Origin: Eledone cirrhosa
Lineage: Eukaryota
Assembly: GCA_964016885.1 (NCBI GenBank)
Contig: CAXHJY010001363.1
Coordinates: 62,001-126,000, forward strand
Direction of reading: 5' to 3'
DNA: 64,000 bases
Position 1 is the stretch's first letter; each line of letters starts with the position of its first letter. The translations under genes and the position numbers were made by a program. Shown in pieces: positions 60,843 to 64,000 of the stretch. A model generated the notes under the pieces. It did not search any database. It worked only from the letters and a program-made list of their open reading frames with translations, and had not been told where the DNA came from.

Positions 60843-61129
60843 TATCAGAAAACTAAAAATGTATCTACCGTTTCTTACGAACTTTTATATATATATCAAC
60901 TTAATCCTACTCGATATTTGTAAACTTTAATAATTGCATTTCTCATATTCTCTTTAACACTAATATAAAGTCGAGCTTACAAGGAATCCCTTATACGGTC
61001 GGTTGACCAGCTAAAAATAGTAGTGTACCTTCCTCAAATCAGACCAACTGTCTTAAAAATGGAAGGAAAACAATGTATAACATAGCTAAAGAAAACGCTA
61101 TGTATGAGTAAAAATACATTTGATCATCA

Positions 61130-61790
61130 CCATCATCATCCGGTGACCTCAGCCGAAATCGACTCAACAATTGATCTCCACGTGGGTCTGTCGTTCATTG
61201 CCATTGCCAAGTCCTGGATTTCAATACCAGAATCTCTAGAGCTGACATCGGGTTAGGATTGCTTGCGCCCCCTGCTATTAGTGACTGCTTGTGGTTTCCA
61301 AAACACAAATGGGGACACAGCCTCATAGTTGACACGATGGCAATGGCCAGCAAATCTTACTCTCCTTTTACGTACAACGACAGATATGTGTGGGAGGCCA
61401 GCCTATATTTCTTTCAAAGTCAGATGTCGCCAGCTTATGTTCTGAATGTGTTAAAGCAGGCGAGTGTAGGTGCCATCAAGGTGCTTTTGTTGTTTGGATG
61501 AAAGCATCCATGTTTCACTTCCATATAGCAAGATTGGTTGAATTGTTACTTGGAAGAGTCTGATCTTGGTGTGGTTGGAAAGATTTGAGCGCCAAACTCA
61601 ATCCATTTTGTTGCAAGCTGACCATGCATGGGCCTTTCTGGTGGTGAAATCCTTTTCAGAGTCCATGATCCAAGCTACTTGAAATCCTCGACTGCCGTTT
61701 ATTGCTTTGATGCTGTTGCCTGTACAGTTTGATATGTATTCTGTTTTACCCTGCTCATTTAATGGCTGACCTGTGGCTAAACAATAACAA
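61130..61790 (-). mobile_element. RTE-clade LINE 3' fragment
   Basis: Minus-strand peptides RKAHAWSACNKM, PILLYGSETW, RFAGHCHR and AMNDRPTWRSIV, then a (tga)n tail. Confidence 0.85.
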
Positions 61791-61796
61791 ATAAAA

Positions 61797-62361
61797 TAAT
61801 TGTTTCTACTTTTGGCACAAGGCCAACAATTACCCAATACATTACTGGTACTTTATTTTATCGACCCCGTATGGATGAAAGGCAAAGTTAACCTCGACGG
61901 GATTTGAACTCAGACCGTAAAGGGACGTACCTATGCTGGAAAGCATGGCGTCCAACCCTCTACCGAAACTGCCAATTCACCGCCCTTAACATATAAAATA
62001 ATTGTTTCTACTTTTGGCACAAGGCCAGCAATTATCCCAGTGCATTACTGGTACTTTACTTTATCAACCCCGTAAGGATGAAAGGCAAAGTTAACCTCGG
62101 CGGGATTTGAACTCAGATCATAAAGGGAGGTAAATCTATGCTTCAAAGCATGGTGTCCGACGCTCTATATAAAATAATTGTTTCTACATTTGGCACAAGG
62201 CCAGCAATTACCCAGTGTATTACTGGTACTTTATTTTATCGACCCCGTAAGGATGAAAGGCAAAGTTAACCTCGGCGGGATTTGAACTCAGAATGGAAAG
62301 GGCCGTAACTCTTTGCGTCAAAGCATGGCGTCCGACTCTCTACCGATACTGCCAATCCACA
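61797..62361 (-). mobile_element. Three head-to-tail SINEs
   Basis: Copies start at about 61797, 61998 and 62175, each after aaaataat. Confidence 0.9.
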
Positions 62362-62787
62362 AAATAATGTTTGCAAATACATAGTGGAAGAGTCATTTCA
62401 AAGATGCATTAGTCGTGGGGGAGTCGTATGGTTGCCGTATTTACATACTACGTTTCTGGGACATTTTTTTATTAAAACATGGTGTATCCCATCTCCTCTC
62501 CAGGTCCGAATACAGCGGAATTTTTCCAGAGAAGGCTAAGAGAGAGTGAGAGAATGGAAGTGAGAAAGAGATATAGAGGAAGAATCGACCCCAGTACTAG
62601 ACTGGTACTTTTTCTTATCGAACTCGAATAACTGAAAGGCAAAGTTGACCTCTGTGGAATTAGAACTCATAGAGAAGAGAGCCAAAACGAATACCGGAAA
62701 GCTTTCTATCTAACGTTCTTACGACTCAGCCAATTCTCCGCCATATTTTAAACATACAAAACCATCAAAACTAAAAGTGGATATAAC

Positions 62788-62869
<82 letters not shown>

Positions 62870-63104
62870 CTTTCTCTGTGCAGACGCGTTTTATTTATTT
62901 ATCCCATTGCTAAAATGACTCTTCCGTGATGTAATTGTTCTAATTTTAAGAGATGATTTCAAATAAACCAAGTACATCTCAGAAATATAAGTGTAGGCAA
63001 TTTAATTGTCATGTAAGTTGAATCTGGGATTTTTCTTTTTCTTCTTTAATACACTTAGTTGGCTTCCAGAACTTTCTTAATGTTGCATTGATGACCAGCC
63101 TAGG

Positions 63105-63164
<60 letters not shown>

Positions 63165-63184
63165 ATATATATATATGTGTGTGT

Positions 63185-63530
63185 GTGTGTCCCAAAAAAT
63201 GTATTCACACTTCAGCAGCGTTCTAAATATTGCCTAATATATATATATATATATTGTATTGTATGTTTGTATGTATGTATGTGTATGTGTAACAGGGTGT
63301 CCCAAAAATGTATTCACACTTCAACATCATTCTAATAAATATTGCCTGTATATATAAATATATATATATACATATAATATATATATATACATATATATAT
63401 ATACATATATTATATACATATATATAATATATATATATATATACATATATATTGTATGTATTTATGTATGTGTATGTGTATACAATGAGTCCAAAAAAAT
63501 GTATTCACACTTCAACGGCATTCTAATAAA
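63185..63530 (+). repeat. Three Tc1/mariner TIR-like stubs separated by TA tracts
   Basis: (cagggtg)tcccaaaaatgtattcacacttca at about 63188, 63292 and 63489. Confidence 0.6.
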
Positions 63531-63674
63531 TATATACATATACATATACATATATACATATATTATAGATATATATATATATATATATACATATATATAG
63601 ATATATATATACATATATACATATATATATATATACATATATATAGATATATAGATATACATATACATATATAC

Positions 63675-63725
<51 letters not shown>

Positions 63726-63726
63726 C

Positions 63727-63794
<68 letters not shown>

Positions 63795-63880
63795 CATATA
63801 TATAGATATATATATATACATATATATAGATATATATATATTACATATATACATATATACATATATACATATATATATAT

Positions 63881-63937
<57 letters not shown>

Positions 63938-63940
63938 TAT

Positions 63941-63988
<48 letters not shown>

Positions 63989-64000
63989 TATATACATATA

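Overview
AT-rich, repeat-dominated eukaryotic DNA, most likely a coleoid cephalopod (octopus). This is inferred from a very abundant tRNA-derived SINE with a Deu/Nin-like core, multi-kb (TA)n fields and long introns. The only convincing gene is the 3' end of a + strand single-pass membrane protein: four exons (19159-19281, 23037-23096, 26423-26498, 28226-28934) with compatible splice phases, Caspr/neurexin-IV-like juxtamembrane and C-terminal motifs, and a long Tyr-motif tail. The rest is SINEs, LINE fragments (Tx1-like, RTE), hAT and Tc1/mariner remnants and MITEs, a Helentron-like element, a 3.5 kb 55-bp satellite and microsatellites; the YIYI/CVCV ORFs are artefacts. The most striking signal is a set of unrelated short elements sitting in (TA)n tracts that carry minimal type I hammerhead ribozyme motifs with palindromic helix III. 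Six look structurally complete and about ten are decayed, and many occur as fold-back palindromes. This points to diverse TA-targeting Penelope-like or retrozyme-like elements. All folds were done by eye; no database search was possible.
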